From: an uncultured delta proteobacterium
GTDB taxonomy: Bacteria > Myxococcota > B64-G9
Length of the DNA: 64,000 nt
Direction: 5' to 3'
NCBI GenBank assembly: GCA_963754925.1
Contig: CAVWHX010000003.1
Span: forward strand, 448,001-512,000
Program-made: the position numbers and the translations under genes
In this document: positions 13,191-29,181 of the stretch, piece by piece
Numbering within the stretch: position 1 is the first letter of the stretch
Layout of the letters: each line of letters opens with the position of its first letter
Notes under the pieces: generated by a model
What the model was told of the DNA's origin: nothing
The model's database searches: none
Seen by the model: the letters and a program-made list of their open reading frames with translations, nothing else

Positions 13191-13559
13191 TCACAACACT
13201 TCGGGAGCCAAGGAGATGATCTTCATGAACTTGCGGCTGCGCAGTTCACGCGCCACCGGTCCAAAGATACGGGTTCCGATCGGCTCGAGTTGGGGGCTGA
13301 TCAGCACCGCCGAGTTGTCATCAAATTTTATGTAGGTGCCGTCCGGCCGGGCCACCTCTTTTGCCACGCGCACGATCACCGCCCGCCGCACCTCGCCCTT
13401 CTTAACTTTTGACTCCGGCAGGGCCTCCTTGACCGAAACCACGATCACATCTCCGATCCAGGCATACTTTCGTCTCGATCCCCCCAGCACCTTGATGCAC
13501 TGAACGCGCTTTGCCCCGGAATTATCCGCGACGTTAAGCACGGTTCGCAGCTGAATCAT
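13191..13559 (-). CDS. rplN: 50S ribosomal protein L14
   Basis: [29 protein letters not shown]. Confidence 0.99.
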   Translation of the reverse strand: MIQLRTVLNVADNSGAKRVQCIKVLGGSRRKYAWIGDVIVVSVKEALPESKVKKGEVRRAVIVRVAKEVARPDGTYIKFDDNSAVLISPQLEPIGTRIFGPVARELRSRKFMKIISLAPEVL

Positions 13560-13605
13560 GACTGTCTCCTTATGCCCATCTTCTCACCGCCACCGAGCTT
13601 CCACC

Positions 13606-13872
13606 CTATTCGACCGCACGCTCGAGCACTCGACGCACTCGCCAACGCTTGGTTTTACTCAACGGTCGCGATTCGACTATCTCGACACGATCGCCCAGGT
13701 GACTGGCCCGAGCCTCGTCGTGAGCCTTGAAGTTCTTATGCCGATGAACGAACTTTTTATACCGAGAATGCAAAACGGTGCTATGAACCTCGACCACGAC
13801 GGTCTTATTCATCTTGTCACCGACAACGGTACCCACTTGAACCTTGCCTTGTCCTTTAACCCTGCCTGCCAT
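13606..13872 (-). CDS. rpsQ: 30S ribosomal protein S17
   Basis: GTVVGDKMNKTVVV; ESRPLSKTKRW. Confidence 0.98.
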   Translation of the reverse strand: MAGRVKGQGKVQVGTVVGDKMNKTVVVEVHSTVLHSRYKKFVHRHKNFKAHDEARASHLGDRVEIVESRPLSKTKRWRVRRVLERAVE

Positions 13873-13903
13873 ATCCTGGCTCCTCATCTGACGCCATCGG
13901 TGG

Positions 13904-14128
13904 TCACCCAACCTCCGGACGGCTGGTGAGCGTGCGAATACCCAACTCGTGCTCCCGGATCAGCGTTTCCACCACCGCCAACGCGCGCTTTGTCTGGCGC
14001 AGCTTTGATACGTCATCGAGCTGCCCGGTGGCGTGCTGAAACCGCAAATTGAAAACATCCTGCCTCAGATCTTCAACCATGTGGCGAAGTTCCTCAATCG
14101 GACGCTCACGGTATTCTTTCGCCTTCAT
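13904..14128 (-). CDS. rpmC: 50S ribosomal protein L29
   Basis: [12 protein letters not shown]; position between rplP and rpsQ. Confidence 0.97.
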   Translation of the reverse strand: MKAKEYRERPIEELRHMVEDLRQDVFNLRFQHATGQLDDVSKLRQTKRALAVVETLIREHELGIRTLTSRPEVG

Positions 14129-14541
14129 AACTCCTCCTTGCGAAAGATGGCCTTCGTGGGCACCGGCAGCTTGTGCGTCGCAAGCCGATATGCCTCGCGC
14201 GCAACATCGTCCTCGACTCCCTGCAGCTCAAACAACATTCGCCCTGGCTTTACCACGCACACCCAATCCTCGGGTGCGCCTTTGCCCTTGCCCATGCGGG
14301 TTTCGAGCGGTTTCTTGGTGATGGGCTTATCCGGAAAGATGCGCGTCCAAACCTTACCGCCGCGCTTGATATGTCGGGTGATGGCCACGCGGCCGGCCTC
14401 GATCTGGCGCGCCGTGACCCACCCACAACCGGTAGCCATCAAGCCGCTATCGCCAAACGAAAGGCTCGATCCACGGTACGCCTTACCACGCATCTTGCCC
14501 TTCTGAATCTTTCTCCATTTGACTTTAGCTGGTTGCAGCAT
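14125..14541 (-). CDS. rplP: 50S ribosomal protein L16
   Basis: [30 protein letters not shown]. Confidence 0.99.
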   Translation of the reverse strand: MLQPAKVKWRKIQKGKMRGKAYRGSSLSFGDSGLMATGCGWVTARQIEAGRVAITRHIKRGGKVWTRIFPDKPITKKPLETRMGKGKGAPEDWVCVVKPGRMLFELQGVEDDVAREAYRLATHKLPVPTKAIFRKEEL

Positions 14542-14579
14542 CTCGTCTCTCCTGGCGCTCTCTCGGCGCTCTCGTCAAC

Positions 14580-15234
14580 CTACTCGGCGACTGGCGTACG
14601 GCGGCTGTTATCCAACACCTCGCCGCGGAATATCCAGACCTTTACACCGATGCAGCCATACGTCGTATGGGCGGTTGCGGTGCCATAGTCGATGTCGGCC
14701 CGCAACGTATGGAGCGGCACGCGACCTTCGCGATACCATTCCGTTCGCGCCATTTCAGCGCCCGCCAATCGTCCCGAACAACGAATCTTGATGCCCTTGG
14801 CCCCGAACTTTAAGCGAGGTGGAGACCGCTTTCTTCATGGCACGCCGAAAGGCGATGCGGTTTTCCAACTGGGTGGCGACATTTTCGGCCACCAGTTGCG
14901 CATCCACTTCGGCCTTACGCACCTCACGAATATTCAAAAAGATTTCGCTGACGACCAGTTTCTGTAAGTCCTTCTTGAGGCTCTCGACCCCGGCGCCCTT
15001 CTTGCCGATGACAATTCCAGGTCGCGCGGTATGTACATTGACCTTAGCCTTATCTCCAGCCCGCTCGATGAAGACCCTTGAGATGCCAGCTCGGCCAAGG
15101 TTCTTACGGATGTAGCGCCGTAACTTAATATCCTCGTGCAGCCACTTGGCGTAGTTCTTCTTCGATACCCACTTGGAATCCCAGGAGCGGATGATGCCCA
15201 ACCGAAATCCTATGGGATTAACTTTTTGGCCCAA
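14580..15234 (-). CDS. rpsC: 30S ribosomal protein S3 (apparent +1 frameshift near 14810)
   Basis: [14 protein letters not shown]-part; [25 protein letters not shown]-part in a different frame; extra A in CTTAAAGTTC. Confidence 0.95.
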
Positions 15235-15248
15235 GGAACCCTCCTTAC

Positions 15249-15641
15249 TTAAACCTTCTCTTCCAATTCTAAGTACACGTGACTGCTCTTCTTTTGAATG
15301 CGAGTGGCCCTGCCCATAGCGCGCGGCATAAAACGTTTGAGCATCGGCCCTTGATCGACCCGAATGTCCTTAATCACCAAGGCGTCGACGTCCACGTTCT
15401 CGGCACTGGCGGCATTCGCCACAGCGGCGCGCAACATTTTTGCCACGGGAGGGGCCGCCGATTTTTGGGTAAAGTCGAGGATCGCGAGCGCCGCGTCTAC
15501 CTTGAGCCCGCGTATGGTATCGATCACGACCCGTACTTTGCGCGGAGCAATTCTCAGATATTTGAGTTGGGCCGTCTTGTGCTTAAGGTGCTCGCGCACC
15601 GAGGCGTTCAGCGCCTTTCTTGCTTTCCCACGTCGACTCAT
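15249..15641 (-). CDS. rplV: 50S ribosomal protein L22
   Basis: [23 protein letters not shown]. Confidence 0.98.
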   Translation of the reverse strand: MSRRGKARKALNASVREHLKHKTAQLKYLRIAPRKVRVVIDTIRGLKVDAALAILDFTQKSAAPPVAKMLRAAVANAASAENVDVDALVIKDIRVDQGPMLKRFMPRAMGRATRIQKKSSHVYLELEEKV

Positions 15642-15648
15642 TCCTCAC

Positions 15649-15942
15649 CTAGCCTTTCTTACCTGGCTTGGGCTTGGTCTTGCGGTCGCCTGAATGCCCA
15701 CGAAATGTTCTGGTCGGCGAAAACTCACCCAGTTTGTGGCCCACCATATTCTCCGTGACAAACACCGGGATGAATTTATTGCCGTTGTGCACCGCAAAGG
15801 TGAGGTTCACCATTTCCGGCACAATGGTCGATCGACGCGACCAGGTCTTGATGACCTTGCGATCTCCGCTTTTTTGCGCATTCAGAACCTTCGTCATCAC
15901 ATGCTTGTCAACGAATGGGCCTTTTTTTACCGATCGTGCCAC
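15649..15942 (-). CDS. rpsS: 30S ribosomal protein S19
   Basis: GTG start [31 protein letters not shown]. Confidence 0.98.
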   Translation of the reverse strand: MARSVKKGPFVDKHVMTKVLNAQKSGDRKVIKTWSRRSTIVPEMVNLTFAVHNGNKFIPVFVTENMVGHKLGEFSPTRTFRGHSGDRKTKPKPGKKG

Positions 15943-15969
15943 GTGAGACTCCTCGCTCATCTCCTCGGG

Positions 15970-16801
15970 TTATTTCGCGTTTCGCCGACGAACAATCCAC
16001 TTGTCTGTTCTGCGGTTTTTCCGAGTCTTGTAACCTTTGGTCTTCCATCCCCACGGGGAAACAGGATGCGGATTGCCTTGGCCCGCACGCCCTTCACCGC
16101 CACCATGGGGATGATCAACTGGATTCTGCGCCACCCCGCGTACGGTTGGTCGAATCCCGCGCCACCGGGTCCGGCCCGCCTTGCCTATCGTAATATTTTC
16201 ATATTCGATATTGCCCACTTGCCCAATGGTGGCCCAACACTCCCGATTAACTTTGCGAACTTCACCTGATGGCAAACGAATTTGCACGTGCGGCCCTTCT
16301 TTCGCCATCAGTTGGCCCGCCGAGCCAGCCGATCGAATAAGCTGCCCGCCTTTACCGCGCTTGATCTCGATATTATGAATCGCCGTACCCAACGGAATGG
16401 AGTTCAGCGGCAGGTGGTTCCCCGCACGAATATCCGCTGTTTCTGAAGCAATTACCATGTCGCCAATCTTGAGATCGACCGGCCAAAGAATGTAGGACTT
16501 TACCCCATCGATATAATGCAGTAACGCTATAAAAGCTGAGCGATTAGGTTCATACTCGATCGCCGCCACCCGGGCCGGCACGTTGAGCTTTTCGCGCCTA
16601 AAGTCGATGAGGCGTAACTTTCGTTTATGGCCGCCGCCATGATGGCGCACCGTTATCCGACCTTGGTTGTTGCGGCCATTGTTCCGCCGCTTGGCCACGG
16701 TTAACTGCTTTTCCGGCCTCTTCTTGGTGAGGACGGTATAATCGTTTACCGTCATGTGCCGGCGGTCCGGGGCTGGTTGGTTTGTATGATTTAATTCCCA
16801 T
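15970..16801 (-). CDS. rplB: 50S ribosomal protein L2 (apparent +1 frameshift near 16765)
   Basis: ATG 16801 [12 protein letters not shown] then an extra C; remainder [12 protein letters not shown]...[12 protein letters not shown] in ORF 15970-16755. Confidence 0.95.
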
Positions 16802-16828
16802 GAGTACCTCTATGAGCTTCTTTCTGCC

Positions 16829-17119
16829 TTATACCCCGCTGAAGAACTCAATCTTGTCGCCCTCTCGGAGGCGCACAATTGCTTTCTTCCATGAAGGCCG
16901 AAGGCCGACGTTACGGCCCACCCGTCGACTACGGAGCGGGCACCGAATCGTCCGAACCTCCATCACCCGCACCTTAAAGAGCTTCTCAACCGCTTCACGA
17001 ATGGCAATCTTGTTCGCGTGCTTCGCCACCCGAAAGACCACCTGGTTGGTCTTTTCCTGAAGCATATTATTCTTTTCGGTCACCAAGGGCCGCAGGATGA
17101 TGTCGGTAGGCTTTTTCAT
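16829..17119 (-). CDS. rplW: 50S ribosomal protein L23
   Basis: RPLVTEK; ANKIAIREAVEKLFKV; WKKAIVRL. Confidence 0.98.
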   Translation of the reverse strand: MKKPTDIILRPLVTEKNNMLQEKTNQVVFRVAKHANKIAIREAVEKLFKVRVMEVRTIRCPLRSRRVGRNVGLRPSWKKAIVRLREGDKIEFFSGV

Positions 17120-17739
17120 GGCCTCAAATCCCCCTCGAGCTTCTTGAGCGAGGCTGCGCTGATCATCAGGTTTTCGTACTGGAGCAGCTCGACCAGGTTC
17201 AGCCCTTCTATCGGCCGAAAGGCGAATGTTCGAAGGTTGCGCGTTGATTTCTTTAGCTTGTCGTTGACCTTCGCATCCACCAGCAGGCCCTTCGCCAGTC
17301 CGAACTTCCTTAACACGTCAGCCAAACGTTTTGTTTTTATCTCGGGAAGTTCGAAGTCTTTTACCACCACAAGTTTTTGTTCGCGCGTCTGATTGCTCAG
17401 TGCGGTGCGCAACGCTTCCTTCCGAACTTTCTTGGGAACCGAGTAACTATACGATCGGGGGTGCGGACCGAAGGCGACCCCGCCGCCGCGCATGTGCGGA
17501 CCGCGTAGGGATCCTTGCCGCGCGCGGCCGGTATGCTTCTGTTTGTACGGCTTCTTTCCCGTGCCGCTGACCTCGCCGCGCCTCTTCGTGGAGGCGGTGC
17601 CGCCACGCATACGCGCCCGTTGGTTTTTGACCACTTCCCAGAGCAAATAATCGCGCGATGCAACGCCGAAAACATCATCCGCCAGGTCCAGCGTACCAAC
17701 CTTTTCGTGCTCCAAATTCCAGACATCCACGGTTGGCAT
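17116..17739 (-). CDS. rplD: 50S ribosomal protein L4
   Basis: TKRRGEVSGTGKKPYKQKHTGRARQGS; GGGVAFGP. Confidence 0.99.
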   Translation of the reverse strand: MPTVDVWNLEHEKVGTLDLADDVFGVASRDYLLWEVVKNQRARMRGGTASTKRRGEVSGTGKKPYKQKHTGRARQGSLRGPHMRGGGVAFGPHPRSYSYSVPKKVRKEALRTALSNQTREQKLVVVKDFELPEIKTKRLADVLRKFGLAKGLLVDAKVNDKLKKSTRNLRTFAFRPIEGLNLVELLQYENLMISAASLKKLEGDLRP

Positions 17740-17751
17740 AGTCTTATGACC

Positions 17752-18060
17752 TCACGACTTAATCTCGACGTCCACACCCGCGGACAGATCGAGTTTCATC
17801 AAAGCATCCAAGGTCTGCTGGGTCGGTTCGAGGATATCGAGCAAGCGTTTATGCACCCGTATCTCAAACTGCTCCCGTGACTTTTTATCCACATGCGGTG
17901 AGCGCAAAACGGTATAGCGGCTGATGCGGGTCGGCAGCGGGATTGGACCCGAGACCTTTGCGCCCGTTTGACGTGCGGTCTCGATTATTTCTCCAGCCGA
18001 TTGATCAAGCAGCTTATGATCGTATGCCTTAAGCCTAATTCTTATTTTTGGAATATTCAT
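17752..18060 (-). CDS. rpsJ: 30S ribosomal protein S10
   Basis: [34 protein letters not shown]. Confidence 0.99.
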   Translation of the reverse strand: MNIPKIRIRLKAYDHKLLDQSAGEIIETARQTGAKVSGPIPLPTRISRYTVLRSPHVDKKSREQFEIRVHKRLLDILEPTQQTLDALMKLDLSAGVDVEIKS

Positions 18061-18069
18061 CGTCCCACC

Positions 18070-19278
18070 TTATTCAATGATCTCGGTGATTACCCCGGCG
18101 CCCACCGTCTTGCCGCCTTCCCGTATCGCAAACCGTAGCTCCTTCTCCATCGCGATTGGCGTGATCAACGTTACCTCCATCTGCGTGTTGTCTCCCGGCA
18201 TGATCATCTCCGTCCCCTCCGCCAACTTCACCGTCCCCGTCACGTCCGTCGTCCGAAAATAAAACTGCGGCCGATAATTATTGAAAAACGGTGTGTGCCG
18301 CCCGCCCTCTTCCTTCGACAGTACGTACACCTCCGCCTTGAACTTCGTGTGCGGCGTGATGCTCCCCGGCTTCGCCAATACCTGCCCCCGCTCGATCTCT
18401 TCCTTCTTGATCGACCGCAGCAAACACCCGATGTTGTCTCCCGCTCGCCCCTCATCCAATAACTTCCGAAACATCTCCACTCCCGTCACCACCGTCTTCT
18501 GCGTCTCCCGAAATCCCACAACCTCTATCGTATCCTGTACCCTCACTATCCCGCGCTCCACTCTCCCCGTCGCCACCGTCCCGCGCCCCGATATCGAAAA
18601 TACATCCTCCACCGGCATCAAAAACGGCTTGTCCACGTCCCGCACCGGCTCAGGTATCGATTCGTCCAACGCCTTCAGTAAATCCAATATCGGCTTGCAC
18701 TCCGGCGCGTTCGCATCTTCCGACTGCATCGCCTTCAACGCGCTCCCCGTTATCACCGGTATCTTGTCCCCCGGAAACTTGTACGACGTCAGCAGATCCC
18801 GTACCTCCAGCTCCACCAACTGCAACAAGTCCTTGTCGTCCACCAAATCCGCCTTGTTCAAAAACACCACCATGGCCGGCACGTTCACCTGCCGCGCCAA
18901 CAATATATGCTCCCGCGTCTGCGGCATCGGCCCGTCTTCCGCGCTCACCACCAATATCGCCCCGTCCATCTGCGCCGCACCCGTGATCATGTTCTTGATG
19001 TAGTCCGCGTGGCCCGGACAGTCCACGTGCGCGTAGTGCCGCTTCTCGCTCTCGTATTCCACGTGGCTCGTCGCTATGGTCAATATCTTCATTTCATTCC
19101 GCCGCCCCTGCGATATCGACGCCTTCGCCACTTCATCGTACGATTGGAACTTGGCCATCCCCCGCCTCGCCTGCACCTTCGTTATCGCGGATGTCAGCGT
19201 GGTCTTTCCATGATCCACATGGCCGATTGTCCCCACGTTCACATGCGGCTTCGTCCTCTGGAATTTCTCCTTGGCCAT
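18070..19278 (-). CDS. tuf: Elongation factor Tu (str-operon copy)
   Basis: [43 protein letters not shown]. Confidence 0.99.
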   Translation of the reverse strand: MAKEKFQRTKPHVNVGTIGHVDHGKTTLTSAITKVQARRGMAKFQSYDEVAKASISQGRRNEMKILTIATSHVEYESEKRHYAHVDCPGHADYIKNMITGAAQMDGAILVVSAEDGPMPQTREHILLARQVNVPAMVVFLNKADLVDDKDLLQLVELEVRDLLTSYKFPGDKIPVITGSALKAMQSEDANAPECKPILDLLKALDESIPEPVRDVDKPFLMPVEDVFSISGRGTVATGRVERGIVRVQDTIEVVGFRETQKTVVTGVEMFRKLLDEGRAGDNIGCLLRSIKKEEIERGQVLAKPGSITPHTKFKAEVYVLSKEEGGRHTPFFNNYRPQFYFRTTDVTGTVKLAEGTEMIMPGDNTQMEVTLITPIAMEKELRFAIREGGKTVGAGVITEIIE

Positions 19279-19630
19279 CACTCACTCCTTTGCGCAATGC
19301 GCACCCTGAGAGCGGCATATCGCCGCACCCACCGATATTCTTAACGTCACCGGAGCAGGAAAACACATCGTCATAATCTTAATCTCATACAAGGCAAAAC
19401 TTCGTAACAGTCTCTTCAATCATGATTGTTTTCCACCATTACGAAGCGATTTGAAAAGCACTGGGGAAAAATACTTCTTTGAGAATACGGCCGGACGCCA
19501 TGTGCCCCCTAGCGGAGGCGGAGTCCACCCGTCAGGAATGGGTAATATTGGAAGTTGTTCGCCTGCTCAGGTTTTCAAAGAGCCAAAAGTCATACTTGGG
19601 TACTGCACAAACCCAACCAACCAAACAGAA

Positions 19631-20102
19631 CTACCACCGATAGTGCGCGAAGGCCTTATTTGCCTCGGCCATTTTATGTGTGTCTTCACGCTTCTTAATA
19701 GCCACCCCGCGGTTGTTGGCGGCATCGATGACCTCTGCCGCTAATCGTTCCATCATGGTCTTCTCACCCCGTTCGCGGGAATAAACTATCAGCCAACGCA
19801 TCCCCAGGGCGGTACGCCGCTGCGGCCGTATTTCAACCGGCACCTGATAGGTCGCACCACCCACCCGACGAGCCTTCACCTCCAATACCGGTTTGACGTT
19901 GTCGAGCGCTTTCTTAAATGTCTTGAGGGGATCGTCTTTGGTGCGCTGCTCGATGACATCCATGGCGCCATAAAAAATTTGCTCGGCTATAGACTTCTTG
20001 CCTCGGCGCATGAGATTATTGACGAACTTCGCCAGCTATCCGATCGTGATACTTCGGATCAGGGACAATCTTCCGTTTTGGAACTTCACGACGACGAGGC
20101 AT
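19631..20102 (-). CDS. rpsG: 30S ribosomal protein S7 (apparent +1 frameshift near 20037)
   Basis: ATG 20102 [21 protein letters not shown], then a frame switch to [15 protein letters not shown]...[13 protein letters not shown]. Confidence 0.95.
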
Positions 20103-20122
20103 TTAGTTTTTCTCTCCTCATG

Positions 20123-20189
20123 GTCCCATCCCGCTTCGCGAGACGGGACAAGCGTTCGTAAGCTCGCGTTGCTCGCTAACGATCGCTTG
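20123..20189 (-). repeat. Intergenic two-hairpin element (copy after rpsL)
   Basis: CAAGCGATCGTTAGCGAGCAACGCGAGCTTACGAACGCTTG + GTCCCGTCTCGCGAAGCGGGATGGGAC on the minus strand. Confidence 0.65.
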
Positions 20190-20561
20190 CTACTTAGGCC
20201 GCTTGGCACCGTACTTAGATCGGCTGCGTTTGCGACCTTGCACCCCAACCGCATCGAGGGCACCGCGGATGACATGGTAGCGAACGCCGGGAAGATCCTT
20301 GACGCGGCCGCCCCGAATCAGGACCACCGAGTGCTCCTGCAAATTGTGGCCAACACCGGGGATGTACGTAGTTATTTCTATCCCATTGGTCAAACGCACA
20401 CGGGCCACCTTACGCAGCGCCGAGTTGGGTTTTTTAGGGGTGGTCGTGTAAACTCGGACACAAACGCCCCGGACTTGCGGACAATCCTTCATGGCCGGGG
20501 CTTTCGTCTTAGAACGGACGATACGCCTTGCTTCCCGAACCAGCTGGTTAATCGACGGCAT
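20190..20561 (-). CDS. rpsL: 30S ribosomal protein S12
   Basis: [25 protein letters not shown]. Confidence 0.99.
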   Translation of the reverse strand: MPSINQLVREARRIVRSKTKAPAMKDCPQVRGVCVRVYTTTPKKPNSALRKVARVRLTNGIEITTYIPGVGHNLQEHSVVLIRGGRVKDLPGVRYHVIRGALDAVGVQGRKRSRSKYGAKRPK

Positions 20562-20625
20562 CCATCAACCTCTCTTTCCGCGCGCCTTCCCATTACGGGT
20601 GGCGCTTGGAATTTTGGGAGCCAGG

Positions 20626-20655
20626 ATAGTAGAGAGATATCCTCCCAAGTGTCAA
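20626..20655 (-). promoter_or_regulatory. Putative sigma70 promoter of rpsL (str operon)
   Basis: TTGACA-18 nt-TACTAT on the minus strand, about 65 nt upstream of rpsL. Confidence 0.6.
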
Positions 20656-20710
20656 GGTTTTTTAATCTTTTCGGTGGAATAGGTGTGGTATTCACAGAAA
20701 GGGCAGCTTC

Positions 20711-23700
20711 TCAAGCATTAGCCAATCCAGCTTCCACAACCAGGGGTGACTCCGGTACTTCCTTTTGCTCCGCCCCCTCCTCAGGCAAGTCCACATCGAG
20801 CTCCATCCGCTTGTAGCGCCCCAGACCCGTTCCAGCCGGAATCAACCGCCCCATAATGACATTTTCTTTCAACCCGTTGAGGTGGTCGACCTTGCCTTGG
20901 ATGGCTGCTTCGGTCAATACCTTGGTGGTCTCTTGGAACGACGAGGCCGAGATGAAGCTGTCGGATGCCAGCGCCGCCTTCGTAATTCCGAGGAGCATCG
21001 GTTCGCCAATCGCGGGTTTGTTGCCAGCCTGGATGACACGCTCGTTCTCCTCCTCGAAGGTATACCGGTCAACTTGTTCATCCACAAGGAAATTGGTGTC
21101 GCCCACCTCTTTCACCCGACTACGGCGCAGCATCTGGCGCACGATAACTTCAACGTGTTTGTCGTTGATGCGCACACCCTGGAGGCGATAAACCTCTTGA
21201 ATTTCATTGACTAAGTACTTGGCCAATTCTTTCTCACCCAGCACCCTCAGGATGTCGTGCGGATTTGCCGAGCCATCCATCAGCGCCTCGCCGGCCCGGA
21301 TGAAATCACCTTCGTGTACGCTGATATGTTTGCCCTTGGAAATTGCATATTCCTTCGGTTCGCCGATTTCAGGGGTGATCACCACCCGCCGTTTGCCCTT
21401 GAGATCTTTGCCGAAATGAACCGTTCCGTCGATCTCGCTGATGATCGCCACATCCTTGGGCTTGCGGGCCTCAAAGAGCTCGGCCACGCGCGGCAAGCCG
21501 CCCGTGATATCCTTGGTCTTGGTCGTTTCGCGCGGGATCTTCGACAACACATCGCCGGCCTCGACCTCCATGCCTTCGTTCACGAGGATGTTGGCGCCCA
21601 CCGGCATCAGGTACCGCGCCATGGCGTTGCCGCCGGCGATCTTAAGGGTGCGCGTGGGCTCCGCCCGGTCCTTGATGGAAATACGCGGCCGCGCGTCCGG
21701 GTCCTTTGATTCGACGATCACCCGGCTGATCAAACCGGTCACGTCGTCGACCTTTTCTTCCATGGTGACGCCCAGCAGGATGTCGCCGAACTTGACCACC
21801 CCGGGCGCCTCGGTCAGGATGGGGTTGGCGAACGGATCCCACTCCGCCAAGGCGGTGCCCGGCTCGACCATCTGGCCTTCCTTCACGAACAAGCGCGCGC
21901 CGTAAACCATCACGTACTTCTCGCGTTCGCGTCCGCTCTCATCGACGATGGCCAGCTCGCCGTTCCGATTCATGACGATCAGAATTTCGCGGCCCTGCTC
22001 CTTTTTCGCAACGGTGGTCAGGTTGTGGAAGCGCACGGCGCCAGCCGTCCGGTTTTCCTGTGAGCTCTGTTCGGCCCGCCGCGTCGCGGCGCCACCGATG
22101 TGAAAGGTGCGCATGGTGAGTTGGGTGCCCGGTTCGCCGATTGACTGGGCCGCGATCACGCCCACCGCCTCGCCCATGTTGACCTTCATGCCGCGCGCCA
22201 GGTCGCGGCCATAGCACTCAACGCACACGCCGTCTGGGGCACGGCAGGTGAGCACCGACCGAATGCGGACTTTCTCTATGCCGGCGTCGCGAATCTTATC
22301 CACCAACGTTTCATCGATCTCTTGGTTGGACTTTATCAGCACCTCGCCGGTGATCGGGTCCTTGATGTCTTCAAGCGCCACGCGTCCCAAAATACGTTCG
22401 GACAGCGACTGAATGATCTCGCCGCCCTCGACCAGCGGCGTCATGTAGATACCGTCGAGGGTGTTGCAGTCCTGTAAGGTAATCACGGCATCCTGGGCCA
22501 CATCCACGAGCCGGCGCGTCAGATAGCCGGAGTTGGCGGTCTTGAGGGCCGTGTCCGCAAGCCCCTTGCGGGCGCCGTGCGTCGAGATGAAGTACTGCAG
22601 CACCGTCAGACCTTCGCGGAAGTTGGCGGTAATCGGCGTTTCGATAATTTCGCCCGACGGCTTCGCCATCAGGCCGCGCATGCCGGCGAGCTGCCGGATC
22701 TGTTGCTGCGAGCCGCGTGAGCCCGAGTCAGCCATCATATAAATCGAATTGAAGCTTGGCGTTCGTCGGGTCTCGCCGCTTTGGCTGGTGACGATTTCGG
22801 TGCCGATTTCATTCATCATCTCCTTGGCCACCACCTCGGTGGCTTCAGCCCACACGTCGATCACCTTGTTGTAGCGCTCGCCATCGGTGATCAGACCTTC
22901 GGTATACTCGTTGGAGACCTCGGTGAGCTCATCGGTGGCGCGCTGGATGATGTCGGCCTTGCCACTAGGAACGCGCATGTCGTCCATACAGATGGAAATA
23001 CCAGCCCGGGTCGCGTACTGGAACCCCAAGGTGCGCAGGCGATCGGCCAGGAGGACGGTTTTCTTTTGACCACCGGCCCGATAACACATATCAATCAAGG
23101 CAGCCAGCGACTTCTTATCGAGCACCTTGTTAATGGACGAAAAGGGGATTCCCTCCGGAATAACCTCGTATATCAACACCCGGCCAACCACCGTCTCAAC
23201 CAATTGGCCGTCAATGCGCACCTTGACACGGGCCTGCAGATCGGCCACGCCCGCATCATAGGCTTGGCGCAGTTCGTCCAGGCTCGAGAAGATCTTGCCC
23301 TCGCCCTTGGCAAAAGCGCGCTCGCGCGACATGTAGTAGCAACCCAGCACGACGTCTTGAGTGGGGACAATGATCGGGCTGCCATGCGCCGGCGACAGAA
23401 TGTTGTTCGTCGACATCATCAGCACGCGCGCTTCCATTTGCGCCTCGACGGAGAGCGGCACGTGCACCGCCATCTGGTCGCCGTCGAAATCGGCATTGAA
23501 CGCGACGCACACCAGCGGATGCAGCTGGATAGCTTTGCCCTCGATCAGGATCGGCTCAAAGGCCTGGAACCCCAAGCGGTGCAGGGTCGGGGCGCGGTTG
23601 AGCATGACCGGATGCTCGCGGATCACCTCTTCCAGGATGTCCCATACCTCCGGCCGCTCCTTCTCCACCATGCGCTTGGCACTCTTGATCGTGGTAACGT

Positions 23701-24874
23701 AGCCGCGCTCCTCGAGCTTGTTGTAGATAAACGGTTTGAAGAGCTCCAGGGCCATGATCTTCGGCAAGCCGCATTGATGCAGTTTCAACTCAGGACCGAC
23801 GACAATGACCGAACGGCCGGAATAATCCACGCGTTTGCCGAGCAGGTTCTGACGGAAGCGGCCCTGCTTGCCTTTCAGCATGTCCGAGAGCGACTTGAGC
23901 GGCCGCTTATTGGGGCCGGTGATGGCTTTGCCGCGGCGGCCGTTGTCAAATAAGGCGTCGACCGCCTCCTGTAACATGCGTTTCTCGTTGCGGACGATGA
24001 TCTCGGGCGCGTTGAGCTCCTGCAAGCGCTTGAGCCGGTTATTGCGATTGATCACCCGCCGATACAAATCATTGAGATCCGAAGTGGCAAAGCGCCCGCC
24101 GTCGAGCGGCACCAGAGGTCGCAGATCGGGCGGGATAACCGGGATGACCTCGAGGACCATCCACTCGGGACGGTTGCCGGAACCTCGGAACGCCTCCACC
24201 ACCTTCAGGCGCTTCGCCACCTTCTTACGTCGGGCATCCGAGGTGGACACGCGCATCTCTTTGCGGAGCTGCTCGGTAAGCTGATCCAAATCAACCTGCT
24301 TGAGCAGCTCTTGAATAGCCTCAGCGCCCATCTCAGCCCGGAAACCGTCGCGACCGAACTCTTCTTGAAAACGGTGGTACTTGTCTTCGAGAATGATCTG
24401 GCCCTTCTCAAGCGGGGTCTGTTTGGGATCGAGCACGATGTACGCTTCACAGTAGAGAACCTTCTCAAGCTCCTTGAGCGTGATATCGAGCAACGTGCCG
24501 ATACGGCTGGGGAGGCTCTTGAGAAACCAAATATGCGCCACCGGCGTCGCCAGGTTGATGTGACCCATGCGCTCACGCCGCACTTTGCTCTGAATGACCT
24601 CAACGCCGCATTTTTCGCAGACCACGCCACGGTGTTTCATGCGCTTATACTTGCCGCAGTTACACTCGTAGTCCTTGACCGGGCCGAAGATCTTCGCGCA
24701 GAACAATCCATCCCGCTCCGGTTTGAAGGTGCGGTAGTTAATAGTCTCAGGCTTCTTCACCTCACCGTGCGACCACTCGCGAATCGTTGCCGGGCTCGCG
24801 AGCCCGATGCGGATCGCGGAGAAGCTCAAGGGGTCTTTCGGTTTTTCGAAAAAATTGATGAAGATGTCCTTCAA
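20711..24874 (-). CDS. rpoC: RNA polymerase beta' subunit
   Basis: [12 protein letters not shown] catalytic motif; [13 protein letters not shown]; 1387 aa. Confidence 0.99.
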   Translation of the reverse strand: MKDIFINFFEKPKDPLSFSAIRIGLASPATIREWSHGEVKKPETINYRTFKPERDGLFCAKIFGPVKDYECNCGKYKRMKHRGVVCEKCGVEVIQSKVRRERMGHINLATPVAHIWFLKSLPSRIGTLLDITLKELEKVLYCEAYIVLDPKQTPLEKGQIILEDKYHRFQEEFGRDGFRAEMGAEAIQELLKQVDLDQLTEQLRKEMRVSTSDARRKKVAKRLKVVEAFRGSGNRPEWMVLEVIPVIPPDLRPLVPLDGGRFATSDLNDLYRRVINRNNRLKRLQELNAPEIIVRNEKRMLQEAVDALFDNGRRGKAITGPNKRPLKSLSDMLKGKQGRFRQNLLGKRVDYSGRSVIVVGPELKLHQCGLPKIMALELFKPFIYNKLEERGYVTTIKSAKRMVEKERPEVWDILEEVIREHPVMLNRAPTLHRLGFQAFEPILIEGKAIQLHPLVCVAFNADFDGDQMAVHVPLSVEAQMEARVLMMSTNNILSPAHGSPIIVPTQDVVLGCYYMSRERAFAKGEGKIFSSLDELRQAYDAGVADLQARVKVRIDGQLVETVVGRVLIYEVIPEGIPFSSINKVLDKKSLAALIDMCYRAGGQKKTVLLADRLRTLGFQYATRAGISICMDDMRVPSGKADIIQRATDELTEVSNEYTEGLITDGERYNKVIDVWAEATEVVAKEMMNEIGTEIVTSQSGETRRTPSFNSIYMMADSGSRGSQQQIRQLAGMRGLMAKPSGEIIETPITANFREGLTVLQYFISTHGARKGLADTALKTANSGYLTRRLVDVAQDAVITLQDCNTLDGIYMTPLVEGGEIIQSLSERILGRVALEDIKDPITGEVLIKSNQEIDETLVDKIRDAGIEKVRIRSVLTCRAPDGVCVECYGRDLARGMKVNMGEAVGVIAAQSIGEPGTQLTMRTFHIGGAATRRAEQSSQENRTAGAVRFHNLTTVAKKEQGREILIVMNRNGELAIVDESGREREKYVMVYGARLFVKEGQMVEPGTALAEWDPFANPILTEAPGVVKFGDILLGVTMEEKVDDVTGLISRVIVESKDPDARPRISIKDRAEPTRTLKIAGGNAMARYLMPVGANILVNEGMEVEAGDVLSKIPRETTKTKDITGGLPRVAELFEARKPKDVAIISEIDGTVHFGKDLKGKRRVVITPEIGEPKEYAISKGKHISVHEGDFIRAGEALMDGSANPHDILRVLGEKELAKYLVNEIQEVYRLQGVRINDKHVEVIVRQMLRRSRVKEVGDTNFLVDEQVDRYTFEEENERVIQAGNKPAIGEPMLLGITKAALASDSFISASSFQETTKVLTEAAIQGKVDHLNGLKENVIMGRLIPAGTGLGRYKRMELDVDLPEEGAEQKEVPESPLVVEAGLANA

Positions 24875-24886
24875 GACGATCTCCTT

Positions 24887-24935
24887 CCCCCTGCGGGGGT
24901 AAGTGGCTGTAACGCTCGCTCCGTTCGCTAACAGC
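24887..24935 (-). repeat. Intergenic two-hairpin element (copy between rpoB and rpoC)
   Basis: GCTGTTAGCGAACGGAGCGAGCGTTACAGC followed by CCCCC-GCA-GGGGG on the minus strand. Confidence 0.6.
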
Positions 24936-24941
24936 TTCTAA

Positions 24942-29075
<4,134 letters not shown>

Positions 29076-29181
29076 CCGCTGCTCCTCGCCGAAAGAGGTG
29101 GCCAACCTGTTACCACCAAAACACCAGGGAGCAAACCGGGTACCGAGCACCCGGTTCGCCCCGCCTCAATACACGTTCACG

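Noticed and set aside
18281..19003. 240-aa plus-strand ORF (also 33596-34318) and many similar ORFs opposite rpoB, rpoC and r-protein genes
   Set aside because: Antisense shadows of well-conserved genes, with no recognisable motifs
19480..19550. GHMASGRIL-like fragment in the rpsG-tuf spacer, reminiscent of EF-G AHIDAG...RIL
   Set aside because: Too short and degenerate to distinguish from chance by eye
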